A stretch of 64,000 nucleotides of DNA, taken from Camelus ferus. Lineage: Eukaryota. Of this stretch, positions 37,230 to 50,260 are shown piece after piece; positions within the stretch are counted from its first letter, which is position 1; every line of letters begins with the position of its first letter. The position numbers and the translations under genes were made by a program. The notes under the pieces are model-generated. The model did no database searches. It saw only the letters and a program-made list of their open reading frames with translations, and had not been told where the DNA came from. Location of the stretch: contig NC_045696.1 of the NCBI RefSeq assembly GCF_009834535.1, forward strand, positions 37,574,001-37,638,000, read 5' to 3'.

Positions 37230-37990
37230 ATATGGGCATGGGAATCAAAAGGTTAAAGTAGAAATGGCCCTACTTACTACCACTCCTAATGACCACCTTA
37301 GAGAATCTGTGTTTTCTGTTTCTAAGACTCTAGGCTACATGCCTCTAGAAGTCCTACTGACATGGGGATAACACATTCATCAGGAGAAACAGAAAGAGTT
37401 CCACTAAACTTCAAGCCATGGCTACCGTCCTTTTGCCTTGAGCTCTTTATGGCTAGGAGACAAACAGAAGTAAAAGAAAATTATTCTGGCAGGGGCAAAG
37501 GACTCTATTCTTCAGAAAGAATTAATATTGCTGTTTTAAAATGGAGCAGAAAATAACACATTTTGCTCTGGATCATTTACTAGGGCCTCTATTGCTGTTC
37601 TCCTTAAAATTAATAAATGCAGCAGTCTGCACCTGCTCAGACTGAAAAGCATGGTGACCAAGGGCCATCAGAGAAGTAGACCACTCGAAAGCAAACTCTG
37701 GAGTACTCCACCATCTAAATCACTTCAATGAGGAAAGATGTTATTCAAAGGTGATGGGAATCTAGAATGGGTAGTGGAGGATGTAGGCCAGCTGCAGTTG
37801 CAAGGACTGTGTTTTTAAAATACTTTTTATAAGTTTCTCCAGGAAATGGAAACCAACAGAATCCTGGGAACTGGGATGAATTTACTTTATAGATGAGGTA
37901 AACTTGCTTTATGGCATAGGTGAATATGAATGATGGAAAGCGTGGACTATCTTTAGCCACCCCTGGAGAAAGGAAATATGGTTGGTCCCA
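37230..37990 (+). mobile_element. ERV-L/MaLR internal fragment with dUTPase-like remnant
   Basis: gggaatcaaaaggttaaagtagaaatggcc...cactcctaatgaccacc. ORF 37362-37556 (SGETERVPLNFKPWLPSFCLELFMARRQ) resembles ERV-L PGDTTMIPLNWKLRLPPGHFGLLMPLNQQ. Confidence 0.7.
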
Positions 37991-39119
37991 CCAGAGAGAA
38001 TGAAATGTAGGTTTTGGGGAAGAAAAGTGGTACCTGTAATAAGTCAGAATTACATTTTAAAAAAGTTGCTAGGCAAGCACAAATAACAGATATCCATTGT
38101 ACTGAAAGAAATATTGATGGTAGGACCAAAGTGAAATATCACGTGCAGAAGAGTCCGTGATTTACCGAAACGTCCTAGAATAAAGATGGAAAATGACAGC
38201 CAATAAATCTTGACACAGACTAGAATATTTATTATAAGTAATGAACTATGACTGCACTAATATCTAAATTATTCATAAGAATGTCTATAAGATACCTAGA
38301 AAACTCATGACCCTACAACAAATTAATTTTAAGTATGACTAGGGTATTTACCATTTATTTGGGGAAACAGTTTAGCATATAAATATACCTTTAAAAATAA
38401 AGGCTCATTTTTAAGCAGAGAACTTCAAGTATTAGTAACAGCAAGTTTCTACCAGAAAATTTTACAGCCTGTGTCAACATAGGGCTTTATGACTTATGTG
38501 AAGTAATATGTACTATTACCACTACTTACCCATATCTAATCAATTGCTGGCAGCACTACTGTTCCTAATTTTATAAGACATGTCCAGTAAGTCTTCTTTT
38601 GTCTCACAAAATGTCCCAAGCTTTATTTTTTTATATCTTTTTAAAAACACAGTTGTATAAGGTAAATTCAAAGTTCATCGACAATCATAGATTTTAGTGA
38701 TGATTTAAACATCAGAAATACTTTTGTGAAAGTCATCATAGAGACATTTATTTAAGTGAATATAATTAGTATAGTGCTTCAGATTTATTAAATTTAATCT
38801 ATTCAGTTACTCCTGGTGATATACATTCATTTTAACAAGCTAGCACAGGCACTTTACATGAGGGAAAACCTGGTGAATATTACTAAAATTAATTTTACTT
38901 AATTTGATTTATTTGTTCTTGCATGAATTAAGCTACCATATATGTTTGAAAAGTAAAATGCTATCAAATGCAATTTATAAATTTAGTCATTCTTCTGAAG
39001 CTGGAAACACATTATCAGCAAGTAACAAATGTTAAATGTTAACACTGGATGTTTAAACAAACTTTGATCATTGCTTCCAAAAATCACATAACCTTCTATC
39101 CTCAAAGACTTATCTGCTT

Positions 39120-40201
39120 CCTATAGGATTTCCCTTGCAGAGAGGCTAAAGTCCTTTTGGAAACAACTACTCCTATCTAGAGAACTTCACAGTGATCAAG
39201 AATCCCATTTTACTAGCCAGGTACTTGGACGAGTCTGTACTATTTGATCCAGTCTTACAGGCTGTGCTTACCATCTTCAATCCTCTGGTTCAGTTGAGCA
39301 CACTAGAGGCACTATTAAGATTCAGTTGGCAAAGTCTGTAGAGACACTCCAACTACCTTGCCCCAAAATATTGCTGCTTGGTCTTTCTAAATGTCAGGTC
39401 TACCATTTATGGAACTCATAAATTCTCATCCTTTGAGATAGTCACTGGATGCCAAATTCACTTGGCTTCTGCTTCTTTTGACCTACACCTGATAAAAAGA
39501 GAGATACTCCAATATTGTAAAGACATAACTGCTTCTATTTAAAATGACCATGCTTTAAGAGAGCAATCTTTTCACAATGTGCTCTCAGGAGACAAAGACC
39601 TGAGGCATCCTATCTCGCAGACTGGATATTTCCTCTACTGGAAAAGGTACCTCCAGAAGAACTCTCTTCAACCTTACTGGAGAAGCCCCTATCAGGTGCT
39701 ACTAACCAAACTGCGTGCCACCAAACTCTAAGAAATAGACCTCTTGGATTCACATGACACACCTCATGAAAATACTGAACACTGATTTGGATCTATCCAT
39801 CATCTAGTGACCTGAAAGTAAAAATTGCCTGTAATTGAAGCAGAAGACATCATATGAGACAGCGTTCCCAAGATATCTGGACTAGGTCTGCTGAAAGTTT
39901 GTCACCAAATTTTGACGATGGTATAATGATCCAGATGACCTCCACTATTTATGATATTGACAACATATGGACTATACATAAAAAATACTTGAGAGTTCTC
40001 CCTTCTATTCTTTCTTGTAACTCAAGTGTGACCTCAGTAAGTTTTCCATCTGCGTACTTTCCTTCCAGCTTGACGCTACACCCAGGAAAGGTCCTTCCCC
40101 ACATGGAGGGACAAATAGCCACTGAAAATAGAAATTTTGACTCTCGATCAGCAATGCTTTCAGAGAAAGATCTTGATCAAACAAAGAAAACACAAAAAGA
40201 A
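39120..40201 (+). mobile_element. ERV1 (gamma-like) internal fragment: decayed integrase, env largely absent
   Basis: Translates piecewise as ELHSDQESHFTSQVL..., CAYHLQSSGSVEHTRGTIKIQLAK..., HKFSSFEIVTG..., WKRYLQKNSLQPYWRSPYQVLLT (integrase core plus GPY/F-like module), with stops and frameshifts. Confidence 0.85.
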
Positions 40202-40527
40202 TGAATAAACAGAGACCTAAATTAAATAGAGTCAGGAGACTTGAGAGGGGAAGCTCTCACTCCCTGAGAGGACAGCAGAGCCCAACATGGAGAGGAAAGA
40301 CTCCTTTCCTGGGAAGGACTAAGCCAATGAAAAGCCATGAGCTCTTTATATACTGTGGCCCTACAACTTCCTTTTCCTCTCTATAAACACATTCTCCTTC
40401 CCTCCTTCCCTTGCTCTGTGTGGACCTGCATAGTTGCAGACCCAAAATTGCAATATTCTGCAGATGTATGAAATAAATCTATCTCTGCTGGAGAAATATC
40501 TGGCAGTCTATTTTCCTCAGGTGAACA
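40202..40527 (+). mobile_element. ERV1 3' LTR (MER34-like)
   Basis: TG...CA boundaries after a purine-rich tract; internal CCAAT, ctataaa and aataaa; ends ggtgaaca. Confidence 0.7.
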
Positions 40528-40777
40528 CTTCTAGATTCCCATTTTCTATAGAAATAGATACACTAAGTTTATTTAACTATCTTTTTCTTTTGGCCCAAAG
40601 TCTACATTCTCCATTGTGTCTCCTTAGTTCCTCCTGTTATACAAATAATGCCAAAACTAGCAGGTTAGCCAAATTTTTAACCCTACAAAAGAAGTACAAA
40701 GACATTGATAAACATACATTGTTTCTCCTACTTCAGTTTTTTAGCTATTTCTTAAGCCATCAATTTGCATCACCATT

Positions 40778-40800
40778 GTGTGTGTGTATGTGTGTGTGTG
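40778..40800. repeat. Imperfect (TG)n microsatellite
   Basis: Directly visible. Confidence 0.85.
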
Positions 40801-41305
40801 AATGTTCATTGGTTTCTGCCTGTATATACTAGTATCTGCTTTTCAACAGTCAAGTTTCTAAATTATCAAAGCAATAAAACTCAGCATCTGTGTACACAAA
40901 TTACACATGGAGCTCAGGCAGGCATGATAAAGAGAAAAGGGTAATAGGAAGTGGAACCAACGTTTATTAAAACATAATTTTATGCCTGATTTGGTTAGAA
41001 TTGGCCTGATTTCCTTTGTACTTCACATCAGCAGCTGCCAATTTAGTATACTTTGGAACCATAAATTATCGATGGCAAAATACAATTAAATTTCTTATTA
41101 AGTTTAAGGAGCTTTGAAGGGTTTTTTTTTTTTTTTCTGTTATAAAGAGGAAGAAAAGCTTTGTGACACAGTCAAGGTTATTATGTCAAAGAAGTATGCT
41201 TTATGTAATGCTCTATCACGACTTTTAGAAACAAAACAAAAATTTTATGGAGATGAAATGACATTTCTTTTCCTCTGCTCAAGAATTATGGCAATATCCC
41301 CAGTG

Positions 41306-41430
41306 TTTCTCCTTTTCTTCCTCTTCCCCCCTCCCCTCTCCTCTTCTTTTCCCCCTTTCACTTCCCCTTCCCTTCCCTCTGCTTCTTCCTCTCCTCCTCC
41401 TCTTCTTTCTCCTCCTTCTTCTATTTCTTC
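41306..41430. repeat. CT-rich low-complexity tract
   Basis: Near-pure pyrimidine run. It explains the Pro/Ser-rich and Glu/Gly-rich ORFs here. Confidence 0.9.
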
Positions 41431-43009
41431 AGCTTCTCTCATTTACTAGTCTTAATATTCTGCCATGAACTAATGTTGTGCTTTGGCTAACATGGACAAA
41501 ACAAATATTAACAGCCTCAGAAGAATCTGATGTGAAAAACAACACACCTGGAATCAATTTCATATTAATAATATTTCCTCTTTTTGAACTACAGGAAGGT
41601 TATATTTAACTGGATTGTCATCAAAAGAGAGAGTGAGGCAGATCTTCAGCAAAATCATAAAGGAAATGGTATGATGAAAGAATGTGTGTACTGCTCTACA
41701 ATAAGAAGAAAATTAAAATATTTAAAATAAATAGGAACAATTTCATTTTGATTTATTAAATATAGTATGACTTCTTTAAAGTTAAATGGTATCTTTCAAT
41801 TACATTTTATATCCAAGAATACTACCAATGATCTTTTTCACTCAATGATCCCTGTAGTTTTAAATTAGTTGACACACACTGGGTAAAATTATAAGCAAAA
41901 ACAATTATATTTAGAGGAATGCAAGTTTTCTGATTAAAACTTTATCCTTTTTAGTTCTGCAAGAGAGGAATGTCCAAAATGAGCTAAGTTCCTTAAGGAA
42001 AAAGTAAAATCATAATTGCATTAGGGAAAAAGTCTGTAAATCTTTTTTTTTAATTAGAGACATACAAATACAGCTTTATAATCAGACTCTGTCAGAACTA
42101 AAGGAAGCTTGAAAATTATCTTATGCAAGCTCCACTTTTACATTTGAATTAAATACATAATTCCAAGGAAAGCTTGGAAAAATGCTTCTCTTGGAGAAAG
42201 AAAAGCTTAAAGGAGCACAAGGCAATTTTTCAAAACAAATGCTCTTTGGTCAGCTGAAAGAAGCTGAATACAGCTGTCTACTGGTCAAAGTAAATGCTAA
42301 CATGTGGAGCCCCAGATACCCTTCAGTTGCTTAGGTACTTCCAGAATTCTAGGTGAGTTCAGCATGCAATGGAGATGTTAGTAAAAGTGAAGCTGGCAAC
42401 TTAATGCAATGTGAACCCTAGAAGCCAGAGATAGAAACAAGTCCTTCATAAGAAGAGACAAAAAAACAGTAATATAAGGACTGAATGGCTGATACTGTCC
42501 TTAGTTTGAAATAAATGAGTTCCTGTTATCAGACATAGCAAGACAAGGTCAATTTCTCCAGGAAGTTGCACTCAAACAATACACTTAGGCTAGAAGCCAG
42601 TTTTCTACTAATTAATGCTTTATACAGTACAATAAAACAGTATTGCTTTAAAGAGCCATTGTCCTGTCTGGTTTGGGGGAGGCTTATTTCTAGCAAGGTG
42701 CAGGGACTCTAAGCTGGAGAGAAGGAATTGGTCAAAGGTCTAACAATTAGCAAATAACAAGTTTAAAACTAGCACCTGGATTTTCTAATACCTGAGTTGC
42801 TGAATAATTGACTACAGTTCTTTAGTGTTGATGCTGTAGGAATACAAGAATCAGGCAAACAATTTTTTACTGCAGAGTCTTATCTTGGGTAATAAAATTC
42901 AAATAACAAATATTTTCACCTGAACAAATATAAATACTGAAAATAAACCAGTGAAAGGCACCAGAAGTATGTACAAAATTTCAAATCGCCCACTCCAAAT
43001 AATAAATTT

Positions 43010-43470
43010 AATATAGCTTCTCCTTCATCTCCACTAATTTTCAATTGCAGATGAAATGATATTTAAATGTTATAAAATTAAAACCATATAATAAGCTGAA
43101 GAAATGTAAGATGTAGTTTGTTGTTTCAGAATAGGGGAAGATTTTCTAAGTATGGTCACAAAACCCAGAACCACAGAGAAAAGATTTTTTTAATTTGTCT
43201 GCATAAAATATACTTATATGAATAAAATCCCATGACCAGTAACAACAGACCAAAAATAAACAGTACGTGCAACACGTTTGACAAGGAATAGTTAGGCTTT
43301 TTGTTTGTTTCTTTCTTTTCACTATAGAAATAGTGGTTACAAACCATGTTACTAGGAAAATGACCAAATAATAATAGTAAGCAGTTCATAAAATAAAAAT
43401 AAGGCTGGGGAGATAACGACAGTTAATAAGTGAAGGGAAAAAAAGCTAACCCCACTCAGAAAATAAGCAA
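43010..43470 (+). mobile_element. Very old L1 ORF2 fragment (L1ME-like)
   Basis: atttaaatgttataaaattaaaaccatata...gaataggggaagattttctaagtatggtcacaaaacccagaaccacagagaaaagatt. Confidence 0.55.
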
Positions 43471-45654
43471 AATTTTTTAAAAACTAGAGGAAAAACTAAA
43501 ACAAGAGAAACTCTCATATCATCAAGTAGTGATCATTTTGATATCAGTAATTCTGCTTAGCCCTTACTGTGGTTATGAAGTCTGAAGAAACGTTTTGGGA
43601 GTGATACTCATCTCACAAAACTGAACCAGAGGGGTTATGCACAACTAGTTGCAGAGTCTGGTTTCATTTCATAATTATTGCTATTTTGTCATACATATGT
43701 ATTTACAAAAATATTTATTTTCCATTAATTTTAAAATGTTTCTAATGTACTTTTATATTGTATTGGTTAATATAATGGATACTGTACATTATATTGGTTT
43801 ACTTAAACAGTATCATTGCATTTTTCACTGATTCCACTGTGAATAAACTATCTATATAGAGAAATAAGTGAATGTTTATTTTATCTCACACAAATGCACA
43901 AATACAAAGCTTTTGCTAAAAAATTGAAACAAATATTTTAATTAGAGAAGTATTTTTCAGCATTTGTAGATAGGGGAATCCTAATTTTCAAAGTAAATTT
44001 AGTGTCATATATTTATTTCTGTTAATATTAATGACTAAGACATAAGACAGTGTGACATATTTTATTAATATTTATGATTAATAATACTTTAATTTCTTAT
44101 AAATTTAATTTACTCAGTTATAAAGCAAATCAGCAATAAAACTAAAGCTATTAAGATGATCATATTATTTATGCTGCTAGTTAAGAATGAATGTTGAAAC
44201 TTAAAGTCAGTAACCAATTCACTTCTCTATTTAGACTGATAATATACCAATACAAAGAGTTCTCAATTGTACAAACAAGCAATTTTAAACAGTAATTATT
44301 TTTTTAAGCTCACCAAGAAGTCACAGACTCTTCTTTACTTGTACTGCTTCTGATACCTGTGACTGTGCAAAGAATACAATTTTCTCAGTTTAATTGCAAA
44401 CCTAACCTGAACTTCCATTCTTTACTATCAGTAATTTATATAACAATCAGTCTCTTAAAACCAACCACAAAAGTGCTCATAATGTCAGAAATTCAGTTAG
44501 TATTTTGTAATATTTATTTCTCAAGTGTATTATCTATTGCCTTACATAGTATGCAATTCAGTGTGTCACTTGTCACTTGTATTATTTAATTGCAAATGAC
44601 TAGGTTTAAAGTAAAACAGGCTAATAAACTAACCCCAGTTCTGGGCAACAATTTTTCAAATCAAAGTTATATAAAGTACAAAATATACACAATAAAGTTT
44701 ATTCTGAATTCTGCACAAAAAATGAGTTAGTGTTGCAACATTTAGCAGTGTTAAACTTCATTTCATGGCACATGTATGTCTGTGTATTTTTTTTTTTCTT
44801 TTAAAGATTGAATAATAGGTAAAATGTAATTTATAGAATAAAATTCTAATCTGTTCAAAAATCCTTGAAATACTGCTTCAATTTGAAAAGTATTATTTAT
44901 TGATTATAATCTGGCCTCAGTATTTTTGTGCCTTTGCACACTTACTAAGGAGAAATTAAAGGAGCAATTAACCCTGAAATAATGCTTGAATACATCAGAT
45001 TCTGTATCTGAAAGATATAGTAACAAAATTTCCTTTTTGTAATTGATTTTTATGTTAGGGAATATATCGAAGAAAATACCAAACTACATATAGACTATAT
45101 TTCTGTCCTTTAAGCAACAGTAATGAATTCACTAGAATAAATGAGACGTTTAATGACCAATGGACATAGTTTCTTTGAAAAGCTTTGATAGCCTTTATAA
45201 TAGTATTCTTTCCTTAATTTTGTTTCCAATTTGTAAACTCCCATCCAACTTTCTAACACAGAGAGGGATACTCAAAAATGTGGTAAATAAGTAAGTGAGT
45301 TAACTAACCTCTTTTGTAAAACAAGTCAATTGTCTATATTAGTGTATATATTATACTCCAAATGTATCTTATCCAAGATTAGCAAATCACGAGTTTATCC
45401 ATGAATACTCTTACAACTGCTAACTCTGATTTGCTATCTAAGGGCATTAAACACAGTCCCTACCAGAGATTACTTTTCTTACCTTCCACTGAATCTCAAA
45501 GTTTAAAAAAACAAAACAAAACAAAGTATCAATATGTCTATCACTGAAGCACTTATATTTTCACTTTTAATTATATTTTCATATTTAAAACTTGAATTGA
45601 AGAATTCCTGGATTTCAAAAGCACTAGACATGCAGTATCAAAAATGTACCGTAC

Positions 45655-45947
45655 CTCCCTTCTAATCTCTTTTTTCACAGGATGACTTCATTCTTTCAAA
45701 AATTTAACTAACTTGAACCAGGAAAATAATGTAATTATTCTGGGTAGAAAAGGAGTTGGAAGGAGTTTAAATTCTACCTATGCTCTTAATAACAATATAA
45801 TCTCCGGTTTAAGAAATTTAGTATGCAGAGTCTTTTGCTCATTAGGCTGATGTCTTTCTGGAAGGTTCTGCAGAAGCCCAAAAGCAAGGGCATTGAGTTT
45901 ACACCAAGTAATAAAGAATTCGTCTCCAAATTTGTGTGCGGTGAAGC
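45655..45947 (-). CDS. Weak candidate alternative exon (293 nt); phase-1 frame GFTAHKFGDEFFITWCKLNALAFGLLQNLPERHQPNEQKTLHTKFLKPEIILLLRA*
   Basis: Acceptor ccatgctttttag|G, donor GGAG|gtacgg, stop at 45778-45780. Frame is compatible with the 46807-46856 exon. Confidence 0.2.
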
Positions 45948-46806
45948 CTAAAAAGCATGGTTTCCTTTAGCTATATAACTACCGAATACTATCCATTTAT
46001 TTGAGCTTAATTAGTTAACTAAGTCTGCTTGTATGTAGATGGAATAAGAAAAGGTATTTTAAAGTTTTTAGGCAGAATTATACAAAGAAGAAAATGTTTC
46101 CTCAGGAGAAACCAACTTGGGCTCGATGGTGAGGAAGCAGTTTCCTTTCCTTCACTGAGGAGAGGCAAAAATCTAGAGTCTGTTTATCAGTAAGATACTC
46201 ATTGCCCATATTTTGATAAGTCAAGGTTTCTGTACACTCCATTAGAGAAAGAAAGAGAGAGCATTTAGAAAGAAAAAACAAAGTGGATAACCGGAAATCT
46301 CTCCTTGCTTTCCAAAGATGCAAATGCACCTACTGCCTTTTGTTTTGCTGACCTAGAAAGTGAACATAATATGAAGCTTCTTATGTGAATTCCTTATTGG
46401 CAAATATCTAAACACACATTTGGTACAGCAATGTCTTTCCTGTAAATTTGTTTTGTTTTGTTTTGTTTTGTTTTTTGTTAGAGATCATTCTCTTCAGTTA
46501 CATCTTATCTCTAAAGACAGAAAGTTGCTTGACTTTCGATGTATCTAGGTCTCAATAAGCAACTCTCTCTCTCCCCTCCTGTGTGATTGAAACTGGATTG
46601 TTTTTCATTAAGTTAAAACATGGCAAAATCAATTTCTCAATTCTTTGCAGTTTGCTATCTTATTAGACAGATGATCTTGTAGAACAAAATGTGTCACAAT
46701 CACAAATTTGACTTAAAGTGTTTAATCTCAGGAGATTTTCCATCAACAAAGTGCAGAACGAACACTGCTTCTTGGAGATAGAAAATATTGTCAGATAAGA
46801 ATATAC

Positions 46807-46856
46807 CTTCATCAATTCTAAGGTTTAATGGAAGTATAGTCATAGGTTTTCTTCTT
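46807..46856 (-). CDS. Candidate coding exon (50 nt, phase 2-1), RRKPMTILPLNLRIDE
   Basis: Acceptor ctgttttaatattatttttag|A (tandem TAG-AAG-AAG), donor GAAG|gtatat. Only one of three frames is open. Confidence 0.4.
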
Positions 46857-48559
46857 CTAAAAATAATATTAAAACAGTAACATTTTACACTGATGAATAG
46901 GTCCATTAAATACCTTACTTAGGTTTTTGTTAAATGGTTTTACATGATTTTTAAATGTCTAAATTAAAGGTATTGTACAGTTGATTATTTAGAACACAAT
47001 AAATGATACAATTATTTTATACAGTTTTACAATAATGTATGTTAGCTAAGCGTGCAATTAATTTTCATTTTTTATTCTCTTTTAATTAGACTTTCTACTC
47101 ATCACTAATCCAAATAGGAAAACTGTCTCATTTCCTATTTTAAAGTTTTTGTAACCAAGCTGTAGTTCAGTTTTAGAGATTGGCCTGGAATTTAAAATTG
47201 AACAATTCATGTTGATAGTAAATGCATCTTCTGAACAGTAAAACAATGTATCTTGTTAGTCTGGTTATTATGTCATAGTCTTGTATAATAAAACTAAAAG
47301 TTTAACTGAATCTCTCAAATTTTTTTAATTTTAAGTAAATAGATTCAATAAACTTCATTCTTTGAAAACTGTATAGACACTTTATAGACACTTATTTAGA
47401 TGTTTTAATATAACTATTATATAGTTTATAACTATTATCTTTATCAATATTATGATAATACCTTTTGAAGGAATTATAAGTAATTGAATATTAATAAATT
47501 ACCTACTGGTTTAACTAATTTTTAAAAGAAAATGGGAATAAGAAGTGGATGAATTACATGGACAATCTTTTTTGAAAATGTGTTTTCTTAATAAAGTTGT
47601 TAATCCAATGCTTTACATGAAATTCTTATTCCTACACATGAATCAGCATATATATTACGAGACACTACAGAATTCTATAGAATTCAGCAGAAGTTCCTTA
47701 ATAAAAAAAATTAAATTTAAGTTTAAATAATTGTTTACCAGTTTTGTTGTAGGCTTGTGTAGTTGTATGGGGGAATGCATAAAAAAGATATGAATAAATA
47801 TTTTAGAGAGAAAGAACAAAAGAAAAGAGAAAAGAGAAAGGAGAGAAGTTAAGTAAATTCCCGTTTCAAAAACCTGCTTTTAATTTAGCCCCGTTGCTGT
47901 GTAAAATGATATTAACCAAAATGCAAACCGATATAAAGGGTCTTTCAAATTCTCTACTTTAGTCATAATAACACATTATGTTTAGTAAATAAATCAATTA
48001 AATATATTTAGTATTACTCAGGAAGTATTCAAGTTTAAGGGCTTACAACAAGTGTAATTCCTATGTTTTAATTTACAGTTTTATTGGCTTATTTGAAGCC
48101 TGGTATAAATAGGACTGAATATAGTGATGGAAAAGTGTTCTGATAGGTATCAGAAAACTTGGGTTACAACATACACTTTTTCTGATCACAATTGCAAAAT
48201 ACGGGGATTGCTCTAAATTGGAGTTGTGCCTCATTACCAGATCTGGAATTTGTTTGGTAACTTGCAATTAAATATATTTGAATGAAATAAAATACAACAC
48301 AAAATACCAGAGTGTATCTCTATGTTAAGTCTATTTCACTCATAACTTTCATTTTTTTTATACAAACACATTTCTTCCTAGTATGTTATTGTCAAGTTTG
48401 AAAAGCATGTTGAAGTAATTTGCCAAGCAATAGACAGAGTCTAATAAGTGGAGTAACTCATCATGATGTTGGTCTCAATTTAAAGGATTCGGAAACTTGA
48501 CTTTCCCTCAATCAATTTTATCAGAGAGATTGAGAGGGAACTAAATCTTAGTTTTTATC

Positions 48560-48686
48560 TACTCAACGATTCACCCAACAATCTATTTAGCAATTATGTG
48601 AGTGCTAGTCATGTTCTCTTAAGATATGAGCAAGCAGCAGTGAATAAAATATCTTTGTCCTTATGCAGTTCATGTTACAAAAGACA
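48560..48686 (-). mobile_element. L2 3' end fragment
   Basis: attcacccaacaatctatttagcaattatgtgagtgctag...cagcagtgaataaaatatctttgtccttatgcagttcatgtt. Confidence 0.55.
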
Positions 48687-50019
48687 ATATTTGTGTATTC
48701 ATCTATTAGAAAATTTATGTGTTCGTATGCCTACATAATTTATTAACTGCCATATATAATGCAGATACATTTTGCCAATCTATTATTTTCATTTTTATGA
48801 GATTTTTTGTAAATTTCAATTTTCTAATTTTAATTATTTCATAAAATCAATTTTTATGTATTCTTGTCACAATCTTTCGAGACAGTCCTCAAGTTATAAG
48901 AATATAGTTTTATAATTAGCATTTCTTTTGAACTCTATCTTATATGTCATATGCTAGAAGCACTGACACTAAAATAGACTTCAGATTGTTATTACGATAT
49001 AGATTACTAGATTTCTGATAAATTATTATACATTCAATTATTATTGATACAACATGGTCTTTTTCTGTGCTTCATGTTTTAGCTATGTTTGCTTTTGACT
49101 TATAAATTCATCTCATGAAATTATAATTAATCTGTTTCTGAAGTAGAAAATATGATTGTATTTCAGTAGTCGACTGTTCTGATCCTGAGATCGCTCACTG
49201 CAATGGATGAAATGTAGAAAAACTGTTGAAATGCTGACACAACTACAAGCTCTTCAAACCATTAAGGTAGTAACTGTTATATCAGCTTATTCTTATCTCA
49301 GGGAAAGAAATATTCTATTTTGTTTATTTAGAGTATTTTTTAGTTTGCCATAGTTTTGTCTCTTTTAGTCATGACAAAACATTTTTTTTCTTCTTTGCTT
49401 AATTCCCTATTTTAATAATTCACTGATTTCTTTCTGCTATTACCGTTCTAATTTCCAATGTATATTCCATTAGACTAACTTAAGATCACTTATAAAATCA
49501 ATAATTTATTTTTTCTCTTTATTTCTTCATAATATTATACATGCTACACAAATTCTACTCAGTCTATATTACATATATTTGGATTTGTAGTCATTTTTTA
49601 TTTTCTATGAGAAAATCTGATTGGTTTAAGGTAGTTTATAACCTGCATAGCTGTCATGTGGGAGAAAAAAGAAAAACCATGCTTCCTTCTTTTCTTCTCT
49701 CCTTTCTTCTCTGTTTTATTTTTTATCCACCTTTTTATGAAAATATCAAGGGTCCTAGTACATTAACTATCTTATAGAAAAAGATGACTAAACACAGTAA
49801 CAGGCACTTAATGCTTTTTTAATTGAATAGACAGATTGAAATTATATGCTATCAATATAGCTAGTACCACAGCTGCGATAAAATACATGGTTTGATTTCA
49901 GTAATCGTAGAGACTTGGAGTACTGCAATAATCATTTATTGTTTATATTTTGCTTTTCTTTTTTGTAAATCATAGAAGTTTACTTCTGGGGAATTACCTA
50001 CATTCACCTATGACTTGGA

Positions 50020-50260
50020 GATAGGACCAAGACAATGAAGTTACTCAGATGTTAAGTTAAAATAAGGAAAGATTTTGCAACAATCATATTTACTGAAGGA
50101 TTTAAAAATTCTGCCTCTTAAACTAGTGCATTCTCTGATATACTATATCTCTTATGTGTTTTAACAGAGTAGATGCAAATTCATTAAATATATATATTCC
50201 AGCATTGGGCAGTAGAATGAAAGAGATGTGCTTAAGAGGATATTCCAGTATTGATTATAG
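50020..50260 (+). mobile_element. L3/CR1 3' fragment
   Basis: aaataaggaaagattttgcaacaatc...ctgcctcttaaactagtgcattctctg...ttccagcattgggcagtagaatg resembles the L3 3' end. Confidence 0.4.

Noticed and set aside
41114..41449. Pro/Ser-rich and Glu/Gly-rich ORFs on both strands
   Set aside because: By-products of a CT-rich low-complexity tract.
19577..46856. Assigning the model peptide to FAM183A/CFAP144 because RKPM...EAKVIEII recalls RKPM...DARFLNLI
   Set aside because: The resemblance is short and from memory, and the neighbouring family motifs are not visible, so no gene symbol is assigned.
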